Source: Catajapyx aquilonaris (lineage: Eukaryota). Taken from it: a DNA stretch of 60,801 bases. Where the stretch lies: NCBI GenBank assembly GCA_000934665.2, contig KZ537983.1:124001-184801 (forward strand). Direction: 5' to 3'. Numbering within the stretch: the stretch's first letter is position 1; every line of letters starts with the position of its first letter. Both the position numbers and the translations under genes were made by a program. The notes under the pieces were generated by a model. That model made no database searches, was not told the origin of the DNA, and saw only the letters and a list, made by a program, of their open reading frames with translations. Positions 1 to 14,628 of this stretch are shown here, one piece after another.

Positions 1-329
1 ATACTACCAAGCTCGCTGTTTTAGCCAATATTGGAACATAATATGAGAATATTTCATATCCCAATCGTCCTATATGTTGCCACCGGATCTGTCACGCTTA
101 TTGGCAATTTTTCCCAGCCTTCTCTATCAGAAAATGTAATCCAACCCTAGACTTTTCCCCCTCTACCATTTCCCAATCCCAAGTATTACATCACCAGGGC
201 GACTCCCCTCCCCACATTCTATTCAAGCAATGACATGGCCAATTACGAATGTACTGTGCGCAGTTTTGAGTTAAATGGAGCTAAAGTGATGACGTCACGA
301 CAATAACCAGACTCAGTGATATGTACTAT

Positions 330-459
330 GGGGCTCAAATAATTGTTTTGACCACTTTATCCTGGCCTTGAAGCAACCCTTCGCACAGGCCCCACAGTGA
401 GGTATGTGTGAAAGGTTGCTTCAAGATCAGGATAAAGTGACCAAAACAATTTGAGCCCC
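330..459. mobile_element. Palindromic MITE family A, copy 1
   Basis: GGGGCTCAAAT..ACCACTTTATCCTGG / CAGGATAAAGTGACC..ATTTGAGCCCC hairpin; homologous to 20609-20756. Confidence 0.75.
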
Positions 460-2311
460 ACGAAACTTGTTCCTAAACCTTTTCTACACCTGCTAACTAT
501 ACTACCTGTGAAACAAGAACGACGCAATGGTTATCAGCGTATCAGGATGAAAGTACATATCCTCAGGAGAGCACTAGTCCTGTTTGCCAGACCAGGCGGA
601 CCAACAAGGCGAGAGCAATCTATCCGGGTCCCCTAGAGAACCTAGATTGCCGCCTTCGAAATAGCCTCATTAACAGACTGGCAAATCTCAGGTGCCAACG
701 CCTCGCTAATAAATAGGAAATAATTATCGAAGAGGCTACGTCCTGGTCCTTCAGAGCCACGATAAGGACCAGTCCGTATTCGTACTTGGAACGTTGCCAG
801 TCGTCCGTTACAAAAGGGCTTCTCTCATTGGCAAGCGACGCACGCTCTGGCCAACCAGAAGGCGGGAGGCAAGCTGAAGAGCTTAAAATTGCCACTGAAG
901 TCCCTTTCACACCTGGGGATGGGTCTAGAGGATCCTGGCCTAAAACCCATCCCAATTTGAAACCTCTCCACTCCAATCTTTAACCCACGTCCAAGCGACA
1001 TTTAACGTTCCGGTTGGACATGACGTGACCGGGCTTAAATGTCATCCTAAATGACTGGACCATTCGGTGTTCCTGACCGGTGTCACACGGGCTTATGAAC
1101 TGGGGTTATATACCAACATAATGCAGCCGAGGTCGAGCACTCAGCGAGTAATCCGCGTTCAATAATTCTATGGTGATGGGGATATTTGACCAGGATGGTT
1201 CAAAGTTAATATAAAATTAGGCCATTCTTGCGCAGAGCCGCGTGTAATTGTTCCTAAAGGGATACGTCACGCTATTATCCGGCCGGTAGCGTATTATGTG
1301 CAATATGACGTTTTATTGCCCGGTATCATATCGAAGCGTTCGGGTGTGCCTAACTAGTGTTGTGACATTTCATCAAGTTCAGTGACACAAGTTCGGATGT
1401 ACTGTACAGTATTATACTATGCAAATTAGTGCTTCCGGTCGTAGGTATAATTTTGCATAATTAAACGTGACAGCTTACGTTAAGGTTCCATGATAATATT
1501 AGCTGCAGTACTTAGTATCAATTTGAGCATTACTGCTATCCTGTAGTATACAGAATTTTTGGCCCAAATTATTATCCTATATTTTACAACCCTCACGAAC
1601 GTTCGGCAGTTTGTGATTACCACACCCACCTATGCTAATCATAAATTCTGCACCATATTGGACGCACTTTGTCAAAAAAAAAAAATGTCACCACCCTCCA
1701 ATTTACACCCTACGATACAAACCGAAGCGTCTAATTCGATCGCTCATGTGATTAAACCCTCTCTTCTACTTCCCCACTTATCACGCCTAGACACGTGGTG
1801 GGAAGCGCAATGCATCTCTCCCAATTCCCAAAATCCCCGCGCCTTTTCAAATTTCACACTCTCCCAAGCAATTAGAGGGGCACCCCTTTGTCGCCATTTT
1901 CAGGCTGGGCGAAAACTCACTGGCGCAATAAATAGGCTTCCGGACACAATTGCTCGGAAAGAGAGAAGCAGGCTGTACCTAATTCCCAGTTTTTTTTAGG
2001 TTGGCAACCCTGCTATGAAAAATGGGTTTTTATATTATTTTTTTTAAAAGGACCAGGCTGGTCTGGCTATATCTAACCATTACGAACGTTTTTCGGGGGT
2101 TGGGTCTGAGAGATGGGGGTGTAAAAAGAGAAGGCCATCCATCACCAGCCAGCTCAAGTTGGTGAAGGGTACTCGTGATTGTCTAGTGACAGGTGTCATT
2201 CTCTAGGCGGGTGTATATACTGGGCGGAAGAAAAGCATTTCGATCCATTTATCTCGAATAGGATCGAGCAAGCGTGATGCATATTACACTGCTCTAATGC
2301 ATTTTAGTATA

Positions 2312-2608
2312 TGCAGACGGTCACAGGTTCCTGAATTACTCGTAGAAATAAATTTAGTGCGATTTGCCGCCCAATACTGCCGCCTCAAGGAGAAACACCA
2401 TATCTCCAATACTATAGTAAGGGTGAAAGTCGCCTGCATGCCCTGCACTAATCCCTCCTGAGTCAGGGAAGATTAGTGGAGGGCGTTCAAGCGACTTTCA
2501 CCCTTACTAGTTTTGGAGATGGCGTTTCTCCTTGGGACGGCAGTATTGGGCGAAAAATTGTAATAAATTTATTTCTATGAGTAATTCAAGAACCTGTGAC
2601 CGACTGCA
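2312..2608. mobile_element. Composite foldback MITE (family B core)
   Basis: About 300-bp inverted repeat; the inner GTAAGGGTGAAAGTCGC..CACTAATCC..TGAGTCA..GATTAGTG..GCGACTTTCACCCTTAC is shared with 52037-52209. Confidence 0.75.
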
Positions 2609-5600
2609 CCCTAGCATAGTATTACGAACCACCCTGTGCGGCTGGTCCAAAATATCACGTGTCCAGTGTCAAACAAACAACTTAAAACGTGGCTTAACAT
2701 GTCACCATGATGTACGGACCCTACAACATGCCAACAGCATTAAGGTACTATGTTGGTGCACAACAGGTGCATTACACCCCTGCGTACTCGTTTAATTAAC
2801 ACCACGAACAAAACTTCGTCATTGGCTCGCGCTCGCAATCAACCCGTGACAAATAAACACCTCTCGCAATTAACTAATGTGTAGTAATGTACTGTGCACA
2901 GTGCATGATGACACTCCTCCCCCACAAAAATGTCCGGAAAAAATGCAAAAAAATACTCCATTTATCATGGACCAATGAGGAACAACCCAAAGATTTCCAT
3001 TTCCCAACTGCGCCGGAAGTGCGAACAAGTCCGGCATTAAAACTTGCAAAACAATTGGGCAAATTCCCAACCGCAAGGTTCCTTCATTAGAAAACTAATT
3101 AAAATCAGTGCCAAACTCTGAAGCGCCGAATCTTTTTTTTTTCGGTACAAAACTCGCTCAAAACTGCCGCTCACAGTGTTGCAACAATGACAGCCAGAGT
3201 AGCATCGGCAACACCGCCAGAACATCGCTCTAATCGTTTATTTCGGCCATTTCATATTCCGCCGACACGGTAGGATCTGCTCGGAATTCACCGTAATGAC
3301 GCTAATTATCCCCGTGATTACCGCACATCGCCGTAACCGGATAATGTCCCAGGCTTAGGGCAAAGTGCAGCAGGGGGCGGGATAGTGGAAGGTAGTTGGG
3401 TGCTAGGGGCGTACATGGGGGGTCGAATAGAACAAAAAGGGACTTCCCCCGATGAATGGTCCAATTATGTGACCTCTGCTCCAACCTCTCGCTCGGATTT
3501 CAATGAACCCATAAGTTGCCCATGGACTTAACCTGACCCATTTTTTCAAGCTTCATGTAGGCCGATCCATGGTCGGTTCGGGACAATCCATTTATTACGA
3601 CCAGCCTGCAGTCAGGCCGTTTCACAACTCCTCACAATAGAACTCCCCCCCCCCCCNCCCCAGGGCCACACCCAACAGACACCACTGCCCTCTAGTGAGA
3701 AGCCCACTTTCTGGGTGCAGGTGACGAGAAACGGTCCTGAATTCAAGTTTCATGGTGGGCAGGCTCGACGGTGACACGTGATTGTCACTAATTGTACTCC
3801 CCGCCTAGAACCGTCTGAATCGGACACATGTGAACTGGTTCGCATGCAATTTTGCGTGTTATACAAAACCGCGGACGTGTCCCACAGCCCGCCTACCCTT
3901 ACTTATCATAAAATTCCAGTCACGAGTGAAGACTACATTACTATCTTTAACGGGGTTAATAATAATTACAGGGCAGCGGTGTTCATTCACTCAATGCAAC
4001 GCAGGCTGCGTGAGAAATGGACCGGGCGGCCATGTTGGGGCTAATAGCAATGTTCCGGGACAGGTTAGGTAAGGTCAGATTGCGGTGGGTGTGACCGAAT
4101 TAGCGACTATAGAATGCTAATTTGCTCATGTGTAATCAAACCTTTGTTAGAATCATCATAGTGATGATTCACGGTATTTTCCTAAGATATGGATTGTCAA
4201 CCAGAAGCACGTGCCAATTATTGCATTCAGATTAAGCTATAATGTACACAAACTTTGAGTTCGGTTCCTTCAAGAAAACGTTCCAATTATTATTCAACGC
4301 TTATGCTGCGTTTTCTTAGCTCTCACGGGGGAAAAAAACAATCCAAGTTCATTTATAAAAGCTCATAATAACCCTTTGCTAAAATTCGGAGCAGCTTCTA
4401 AGTAAATTCCAAAGACAAAGAGACCAGCCCTCCCCAATACCAAAAGCCTGCATTAATGGAATTAAAGAAACCTGACCAAAAAGACTGCCTTTTTCTCCCT
4501 TTCCGCCTTTCAAGCAAGAACACAGAAATGAAGGGTAGAAGAAAAAAAAACTAGAAGAAAGTCCTCTAATTAACATCAGGAATTCGTTTTGCATAAGCAC
4601 CAAAATCTCCAAAGCTGTTTCCATTTGTCGCGCGAGAAGATTCAGTCGATTATTTGTAAGGTCCCCATGGCTATATTTTGGTCCTAAAAACAAAAAAAAA
4701 CGCCCGTATGTGAGGGACTAGCCAAAAAATCCATTTTCCCTACTTCCTCAACCTAAATTTAACTGCTCCCACTCCCTGTTTTTGGAAAAAGACGGATTGG
4801 GAGCTCGTGTTTCCCATTCCCATTTCCTCGCGCGTATATATTCCAAGAGGGCCCGAAACTCTACATGCACACAAATGGTGGCTAAACCAGGACTAATTTG
4901 TGTTGTGAATGTGACTTTTTTTGTAACGGGTCAGTCAGCCCTCCGGAAAAGCCTAATGGGAAAAAAGAGAGCGTTGCACAAACTTTCGTGGGAGTAACTG
5001 TTTTCAAATAGCTTTTCAAATTTCCGACATTTCCACCGGGACCAAAACTGTGGTGCACATGTTGCAGGATCCTGGATTGTATACAAAGTGCCTACTAGTA
5101 CCACTGAGGTCCTGAGTTCGATTCTCAGCCACACACTGCGCATGACAATCACATGACAAACATGGCCACCTCTGGTGTTGCCAGAAGTGAGTGTCCCCAA
5201 TATTTACAAGCTGATGTCCTAAGGGTCCTTCAGGCCTTCCCCAAATCGCACCACACGTTTGAATCAGGAAGTGGGTTAGCAGAGAGGGTAGAAAACTTGG
5301 CAGCGAGAAAATCAAATCAGAAGGCCCCTTCTGTTCAAACTTTTTCCTCCCCTTTCGGCAAGAGCGGGACAAACTTTCTCAACTTACCCCAAAAGGATAG
5401 AGAAGTAGACAGCGTAAAGGAAAAGGAGGGAAATACCCTACACCTCCTTCTCTTTTTCTTCAGACATCATTCCCATCCTTTGGACCCCCCCAGCCTCTTC
5501 CAACCATCTCTCTCCCTAAACTTCCTTTTCAGAAGAAGAACCTGAGAGAAGGATCGCAGTGCACGACAGGATGGGCGATTGGAATTCTCCTTTATGGATG

Positions 5601-8091
5601 TGCTTCCTTTATCGTCAAAATATGCGGGCACATTTTTCCCCTCATTCTTATACGTAATGGCATAAAAGCCCCCGCTGTATTAAATTGACAGGGGAACTTT
5701 ATTCCCATCAGGGGGGTCAAACATATGAGTCACGAATGTTTCTGAAACACCCTGCACATTGGGTGAAGATTCAGCTGGTATAATCCAGCAATCCTGCAAT
5801 ATACTGCTATCGATCGTGTACACATATTTTTAATCCTGTTTGTAAACCGCCACAACTCACATGTAATCACCATGTTACAGGCCAGATTATGGTGTCAATT
5901 TTATTCGAGGTTCGGATATAACTGGCCTTTTTTGGGGTGCTTTCCGCACGGAGTCTTCATCCAGGTTGAATTTGCGGTGAAGGAACAAAAGCTGGTTGTC
6001 CAATTACTAATGATTGGGCTTCTGCACTGTTAGGTCGATTTGCATGGGAATTATTCGAGCTCACAGTCTGCGAATAGTATTGAAAATTATGTGAGGCCAT
6101 TGTTATTTGATCAGCGGGGGATGTGAATAGACAGATCATTTCCGGTATTCATAATTTTGCGTTGATATGCGCTATATTTGCATTTATCCAACCTATCTGC
6201 GAATTTTTTTCAAAGGGTCGTGATGGCGAAGGGGGGAGGGTGTGCCAGTGGGTACGTTCTCGCAAATTTTATTGTGAGAGAAAATGCTTTGCCAAAGAGG
6301 GTTAGCTTACATTATTTGATGAATGGAATCGAAATGGGTCACATAAATGATATCAGTGTCGCATATCTGTAGTTTTTAACACCACACTCGTGGAAGACAA
6401 GGTATTTAGGTTTCCACCAGTGTATAGGCCTATCTGTACTCCTTTTTTAAATGCTCCAAATGATAATTATCATCATTGTTATATGCTACAAGTGTTAAAA
6501 CAAATATGGTAACAACGGTGATGTCATTTTGACCATGTAAAAAGAAAATTATAGGTCGACTATGTACTGCTTCACCTAAACCATTTTCTTCAAAATAAAT
6601 TTTATGCAAAATATAATATTTTTCCGGCAAAATTGTTGTTTTCATTTGATCAAGCTATGTATTTTAGAATAATGCGATACCATCTAGGCCAAGTCAGAAA
6701 AGCCACACTAGCTGTAATAACAAAAAACAGTAATATATCAGCAATATTTCATTCCAAGTATGCCATATTTAAAGCAACCTTGTTGAGGTCACTAATTCAT
6801 ATATTATCGAGTTATAATATTTAACAAGCTTTGGTCCTAGTGCGCCGTGTTGATTCATACGCGTAATCCTGTGAAGCGATAATTACCTCAAATTTTTGTA
6901 CAATTTGATTAAATTTTGCCACGCAATAGTGGAGTTTCATTTGTGCTCTAATATTCTCTTCGCCAAAATCATGTTCGCATTTCAAACTGCTGTCCCATTT
7001 CAGGCACACCGAGCAAAAGCAGGTATTATGGAAATTGAATCAAAAGCAAAATTGGCTCAGTTACTCCATAAAATGGCTCAAAACCACTGACCACGTCAAT
7101 AGTAACAAACAGCCATGAAATTACTATGCATATATAGTGTGCTCTAAGTAAACAGCATATAATTATTCCGCATTTTATTTTATATGTGGAGCATCAGAGC
7201 AAGAGGTGAAAAAATGCACTGGTAATTTCAGGGTAGGTTGCCCAAAAAATCAAAATACTATACCATCCAAGATTTTCCAATTTTATTGGAAAAAATTATA
7301 GGTCAATATGTCAAAGTAATAACACACAATAAAATCTATTCAGCTCTTAGGAAATTATTCCCAATTTTATCTGCAGTATATCAGTAGCCTATACATTTGT
7401 AACACATTTGTACATTATATTGTAATAAACATGCCGATCAGTAATATGACCTTTGACCTTTCGCGTATGACACCAGATAAACACCTGAAAACAATATCCA
7501 CAGCATCACTGATTCCATACCACACGTGTTTTCTAATGGGACATTGCCCAAGCCCCAAGTGAACTTCTTTACTTGATACCCTGTCCGCACAGGCCCTTAA
7601 AAAATGCAGGTCGCGTTTATCCGTTTGTGTTCGCAAGTGATACACCCTGTTATGCGGTCCGGGTGGCAGGCCCAGCGCTAAACTGACGGTCACGAGACCT
7701 AATTTATGTGACACGAAACTCCGTCGACGACCACGGAAACACCTAGGGCCAGCTTCGGTTATCCCCCAAGCCTCAAGGATCCTGAGCCTTTGCCACGGTG
7801 TCTAATATTTGTGGCCGCTACAAGCAACGAGATTTTTGCCAGGTCGGTCGCAAATCCCACCGCGCCATTTGGTCTTCCTTCCACGCGTGTCCGGGAAATG
7901 GAATCCGGAAAACCAATCAGGGGGCTTCATCCCCATAAAGGCTTCTTTCCACACGCCCCCGTGCACTTAATACCTTGTAATGGGACCGCCGTCTTTTTTG
8001 CCCCCCACGCACTTCTTTTACAGGCCACACCGTCTCCTTTGCTTATATGCGAACCCTCACAGGGTGATTCAGGACATACCTACCGCCACCT

Positions 8092-8092
<1 letters not shown>

Positions 8093-8156
<64 letters not shown>

Positions 8157-8280
8157 CATAATCATAATAATAATAATAACCACACCATCATCATCATCAT
8201 GGTGGTGGTGGTTTGCGATGGAGGTGTGGACTCCACAACTTCCACCACCACCACAATGATGATGATGAGGATGAGGATGA
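8093..8280. repeat. (AAT)n microsatellite followed by CAT/GGT/GAT triplet runs
   Basis: About 28 AAT-type units, then low-complexity triplets. Confidence 0.9.
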
Positions 8281-10460
8281 TCTTCTGGAACATCCTACTG
8301 GGCAGGTCACTCATGGCGGATTGTTCAGGCATCTCCCAGCATCTCCTGTTGGTTCACCCTGTATAAGGAAGGCGCCTTCTCCCCTTGGTCGCTATCTGCT
8401 CCCTCTCTCTGTCTTTCCACTCGCGTAGTTTGCAAGCTGCTGTCGTCTGCCTGGACACATGCTCGGATTGTCACCCGCAAAACCTTCCCCTCCGCGCGCG
8501 TTTCTTTACTGCGGGAGTGTTCCAAATGAACTACCTCGCTTGGAAACTCTGGGAATGTGCGAGTCGAATAGGGGCAAAGGCGGGCAAAGGCCTGGGCCTA
8601 TATGCAGAGGCTGATGCTCTTGCTCTAGGAGAGATTACGGGTCTTGGAGACCAAGTTGGGGGACATTAATATCTAAAATTAGAGGAAAAGTTATGTTGCG
8701 CAGGCATGTCGAGTTGGAGTGCACTGACACGTCGCATGTACCGGAGGGTGCACTGAAACTGCGAGGCAAGAGAATTTAACCTCGATTTACGCTCGTAAAA
8801 CCGGGGCAAACGCGTCCAATTTGATCAAGACCCTAATATGGCAACGCGGCGCGATGTGTGGACAGGGCATGTAATAAATACACAATGTGGCACATGGGCT
8901 ATTGATACGAAAACGTAGGCAAATTTCATGAATACCCCCAGTTATCTGTGTGTTTACCCAAGTCAAAGTTTGTTTAGTATTTCGCCATATATGAGCCCAC
9001 CATTTGCTGGCAACACACCTTCTGGCTGAATGTCTGTATCGATTTCCAAAGCAAATGACTCACATAATGCAGCTTCCCCATGGTTATATACCATGGGCTT
9101 CTCCTGTGACTCTTCGTTGGACCCACTTGGCACCGTGTAAACCCATAATATGACCCCCAGTAGCCAAACACCCTACAAATAAGGGCTTCCGACGAAACAT
9201 TTTCTCCCCTTAGCAACCTTCCTCATTCCAAGCAGACATTTAGGCGGAGTCACGGCGTGACCCACCCATCAAGGTTTGTACGCCGACGGCGGGTTAAGAA
9301 AAAAGAAGCGAACCGAGGGAAGAAAAAGCACCTTGTTGACAAGGAAGGCAAGTAATTAGAAGGCCAGCCTGGCCCCTTTCATAAGGCGAATATTGGCGCA
9401 GCGAGTCTCATTTCCTCGGCTGGAGATGAAAAGAGAGGTGGGGGAGGAAGGATGCGGTTACCATGACCACGGAGGACCCCTTAGCTTTTTTAAAAAATAA
9501 ACTAGGGTGTACCTGATGCGTGTGGGGTAACAAAACACTGACCAAACCATTGAATCTGGTCTTTCACTGAAATATATTTCTTCAGGGTTGACCCAGCAGT
9601 TCCTCTTTAGAGATCATTTCCTTTGTCGGGATGGAAAGAGGAAGCGAGGGTGGATTCTGGGACTGCGGTTCCTATGCTCAGACCCACAAAAAAAAAAAAC
9701 GCGTGTAAAACCGTGCTAAGTCCTCCTCTTGGGAGATCCCTGCAGCGCCCTGTAATTCGGATTTTATTTCCGACTGCCGCTTACACCGGGAATTTATATT
9801 TCACCCTCTGTCTCTCAGGAAAGCCGCAGCAAGGAAACTGCATTTTGGGCGGAAGCCTCGCTTGCTCTTGCTACTTTATATGCCCCCATCTCGGAATGCT
9901 TGCGGAGTCAAATGGTTTTGCTCCCGTAGATATAGCGAGCACTGAATAATGAACTTCTTGGAAGCATCAAGCTTAAGAAACTGTCGGAATATGTGGAATG
10001 CATGCAATTTAGTTGTCAGTCTGAGAATGCAATTCTAGTGTTTGACAAATTGTGTAACATACATGGCAGGACCAAACTGCATGGCAGGACCAAACTGCAT
10101 GTAAAAGCACTGAAAAAAAAAAATCATACTCATCCCATACTATATTCCACCCAGCTAGCTCCTACAAAAAAATTGAGCTACGTCACGTGAAATAACCAGA
10201 TAAATAGACTGTGGATTGAAATTCGTCTTCTGTCCCGAACTGTGACAGGTGCAAGCAAGAAAAGTGGGACCAGACTGCGACTTCAATCAATACTCCGGAC
10301 GTGACGTGTACGTATGAACCAAGACAGAGCGAACCGCGACTTCATATTAGGTCGAAACCCATTTCGCCGGATTTGGCTCGACCAGAATCCTATAGTGAAG
10401 TAGGGAACAACATACACTATAGGCCCGAATACATCAGCGAGTCATTATCAATGCAAACAC

Positions 10461-10541
10461 ATCGACGCCTATAAGGATTATATTGTCGTATGTCCACGTT
10501 TTAACAATGGACATACGACAATATAATCCTTAGGAGTCGAT
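10461..10541. repeat. Short palindrome/MITE
   Basis: ATCGAC..TAAGGATTATATTGTCGTATGTCCA / TGGACATACGACAATATAATCCTTA..GTCGAT. Confidence 0.75.
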
Positions 10542-11322
10542 ATTTCGAATTTTGAACCTGCAATTCGACCGCGTGCTATTCGGTGAAACAGCATTAACGA
10601 ACGGGCTAAAACCCTAGAAAGGAAAAACCCCTGAAACCGTACAGAGGCATTATTTGCAATGCAACTTCGGCACTGTCTCGACATCATTTTGCATTTGGGA
10701 GTAGGAAGGATGGAGATTGGGTAGACGCGGTTTCCTCCCATAAAACGCGTCCTCGCTTGGGCGACAAACTCAAATTAAGCGAATTAATACAGACGTCGAC
10801 TAGCAATTTGACGGTCCTGAAACGACGGATGTCTCGAAGATTTTTTTTTCCAGCCGAAAAAAAAAATGCTAGGAGAGAGTAGAAAAAGTTTACAAGCGTT
10901 CCGAGAGCCAATTAGCGAGCTGGAAAGTCTTGAGTTTCCACTAAAAGAGGGATGCCGGTGACGTAAAGCATTTTTTTGACGTCTTATGGGCAGGGGAAAT
11001 AAGGGGGGGTAGATAACGACGAATTTTAATCAAACTTGCCCTTTAAAACTCACCACCGAAACCTCAGGGGGAGTTTTAACTTGGGGATACATCTTTCATG
11101 CTGTCGCAAACATGCCTTCAGACGATAAATGAGCCCAGGTTTAATTATGCGTGGAAAGTTTAAGCCATTTTTAGCCACCTTGTACCAATATAGTCTGACC
11201 CTGACCTGTCAGTGTTGTGCCACTACACTACAAAGCCAAGAAGGTTCACCCTTCACACACTCCAACTGCTCAATCATCAATCTTGTCAATTTCAGTAAAA
11301 TTGTAACCCAAATCGACGAAAA

Positions 11323-14300
11323 TCTTCCCAACGTGTCTGTACGTTCCCGATGCAAATCAATACGGAGGCCTCGACATATGCCCCAGGGGGATCATTAGGG
11401 GTAGTTTTTAAAGGGGAAGGTTTTTAGCACATTGGACTTGACCTCCGAGGTCATCCTTGGCCGCAGGAGGCGAAAAGGCAGAAAAGCTGGAACCCCTGAT
11501 GTAGCATCAATACGACGCTTGCAAAATATATCGACACGTCCCACTTATCGTATCGATACTTTGCTCCCTCTTTTTCTTTCCAAGATGGCTTCCAGTCCTT
11601 TCACAATTAATTTCATAACCCGAGAAACGCCGGGTATCCTGCGAGTTAAACTATAAAAATTGCATTTTCCGCCAGATGAGAGAAAAATTTGACTAGTTGT
11701 GAAGGAATCTACATGGGCTAGTTGGAAATCTGGTCATACTGGCAACTAGGGAGCAGCTTAGATGGATCTGCTAACGACTAGATACGCCAGGGAGCCCTCA
11801 AAAAAAGCAGACTGTTAGATTATTTTTTACAACATACTACAACTTCACGTTTGAATACCGCGATTCTCGATTATTCAGTCTAACTTTCATCACATTATCC
11901 TGCAGAGTTCTGAACTCCCGTAATCAACCCGACATAGGCCTCCGCAAAATTCAAATGAGCGTTCATAGTGATACGCGCTTTTTAAAACTCTGGCGTCAAG
12001 CCAGAGTTTCCAGCCAGCTCTTGTTCCATTTTAAAAAATTCCCTAGAGAAGTTTTGGAGCAGGCATCTCTTAAAAATTAACCAATCTGTCCCGAAATGTA
12101 AACACCCTCGGTAGCACTTTTTAATTTCCCTAGTAAATGTCAATTTGCGCCAGGAAAAATGTCATGCCAACTTTTTTTTTTGCGACATATCATGCTTACT
12201 CTGGACGTTTACATGATTCGTATCCTCATGGCGACTACCTTGGTTAATTAGAGTTTTTGCAAGTACGCCACTACAAATAGTAAAGGTGAATATCTGCAGG
12301 AACACTAGATAAAAAGTGGGTTGCTTCTAACCTGTTGTATTATTGGACCACAACCATGTAATATGTTCAACCCTCTGGAAGTTTCAACTGAATATGACCA
12401 TATATAGAAAATATTACATTCACGCCTGCAGATTGCATATCGACACACTTCACTTATCGGATATATCCGGTCAACTTTATGCGGTACTGCAGGACCACTT
12501 GAGAGAGGTATAGTTCTCGTCCCAAAAAAATTCCAAGCACTTTGTAGGAGGAAGAGGGCTCGGCGGTGGCCATTTCCAGGGTTATAAAACTGTTGGCAAG
12601 GCGAAAAGGGAAGGGAGTCGGAGGCATATAAGTGAAGTGACCAGGGGACGAGATCCGCACTTGAAAGCACTGGAAATGATCCACTTTCATTCCCCAACGT
12701 GATCAGAATCAGAGCCTTCGAAACATGGTGCTACATACCAGTCAGAAAAAAATTCAAACAAACATGCAGTGCCAATACCACAGTGTATCTATTATTTGTG
12801 CTCTTCTTTCTCTGCCCCCCCCCCCTCCCCTTCCCTGTGTCCCTACCTACCATTTGGGCCGTCCAAAATGAATGATAGCTGCTTTTGAAGCCAAATTCAA
12901 TTTGTAATCAGCAGTTGGTTGGCGGCGCTTTTTGGAGCCTCAAGGGATCAATGCTCACAATCAACATTGCACGATAATTGACTTTGTTTCTGGCTGGAAA
13001 ATGAGGATTCGACATCAAATGTCATATTCCCACGCATTTTGCTCTATAGCCTTTCGTGAGGCTATCATAGTGGTCAGTAAGCTCGTCTCAAATAAGATTT
13101 CTTAGAAAAGAAATATGACGCTCACCAAAATTGATTTACAAGATGGAATGACCTGATAGAGTAATAATACATATTTTGTGCATATGATAAATTAGTTATT
13201 CAATTTCCATAATCCCAATTTATTATGCACTATTTATTATGTGATTCAACGCTGCCCTTTATTTGTAATATACACAATTTCACTGATGAATCACTATAAT
13301 ACATTAGAATTCACTGAAATACATTTTCGTACACATTTTGGCCGTGTAATGGCTGCTTGGTGAATTTTTATCCATACAAACTGATGTATACAATAAAATA
13401 CACCAAGTACTCAGTGTGTGCAGCATGTAATATGCATAACAAGCCCACAAATCAATTTATTACTAGCTGACCCCAAAAATAAGCAATCAATAACACCTCA
13501 CGATAAATCTCAGGACCCCCCATGAATCCGATAATAAATGACCTCCCATATATAATTTCTCCCTGCATGCATCTCCCCTATTGAAATCACCCTCTAACAT
13601 ATACACGGTATATCAACACGCCAACTCCTGCTCCCCGTAGTGAAATTGATCACTCCAAATCATCTTTCTCCAGTTTCTCCGATTGTTCCGAATCAGCATA
13701 ATACGCCAGGGTCCGTAACTGAAAATGAATGAGCAAACACACACCTCTCCGGTCTCCAGAGCCGGGTTGGTAGGTATGAAAACGCCAACTACATTTCCTA
13801 CACGGCAGAGTAATTTTCCGGGCTGCGAGATAGAATCCCCGGAACACGGTATCTCATGAATAAAATGGTCCTAGAGAAGGTAGGGCTTTTGGGGTGGGGG
13901 GGGGGGGGGGGNNNNNNNNNNNNNNNNNNACCGCTCGCTTCCTGGAGGAATCCCTGCGGTCATTTTCACTCAAGCTATTTTGGCCGCAACAAACTTCGCC
14001 TTCAAACGCCGGGGTCCAAATTTCGGTCTAAGTGGCTCCCGCGGATGGAAAATAGATTTCGTTGGGAGTTAGGGCGCCTGCAACTTTTGATTTTCTTCGA
14101 AAAAGTTCCAGGCTGACAAACACTGTTACATCAACGTCGTCCGTGCGTTATTTCTACGTAGCCACTGTTCAAACGCGACTCCGCAAAGCTGGCCAATCGG
14201 GAGCAGAAACGTGACGGAGTTGAACCCGCTCATTTCCCGAGTTATCCAATCCGGAGCTGTTGGACCACCACTTCCCAACTTATGAAACACAGGCTTTCCC

Positions 14301-14628
14301 AGCTGAATTGCTTTCAAGCTAAACCAATGTTTTTAAAAATTAAATAAAACAAATAATTATTTTTCAATTCTTTGTATGTAACTACAATCTTATACCTTAC
14401 GAACAGGACACCCAGCGTTGATCCGATGTATCGCTGTATCGATGCTACATCCGGAGTTCCAGCCTTTATGCCACTTCGCCTCCTGCGGACAAGGATGACC
14501 TCGGAGATCAACTCCAATGTGCTACAAACCTTCCCCGTTAAAAACTACCCCTAATAATCCCCCCTGGCGCATATGTCGAAGCATCCGTATTGATTTGCAT
14601 CGGGAACGTACAGACATACGTTTGGAAA
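11323..14628. repeat. Inverted pair of about 230-bp repeats 3 kb apart
   Basis: 11323-11560 (TGTCTGTACGTTCCCGATGCAAATCAATACGG..GACCTCCGAGGTCATCCTTG..GATGTAGCATC) is the reverse complement of 14420-14628. Confidence 0.75.

Noticed and set aside
7980..8366. Poly-Asn ORF on the + strand
   Set aside because: Produced by the (AAT)n microsatellite; no supporting splice or start context on this strand.
13892..13929. G/C homopolymers with N runs (also 3657, 22404-22415, 59074)
   Set aside because: Sequencing or assembly gaps at homopolymers, not biological features.
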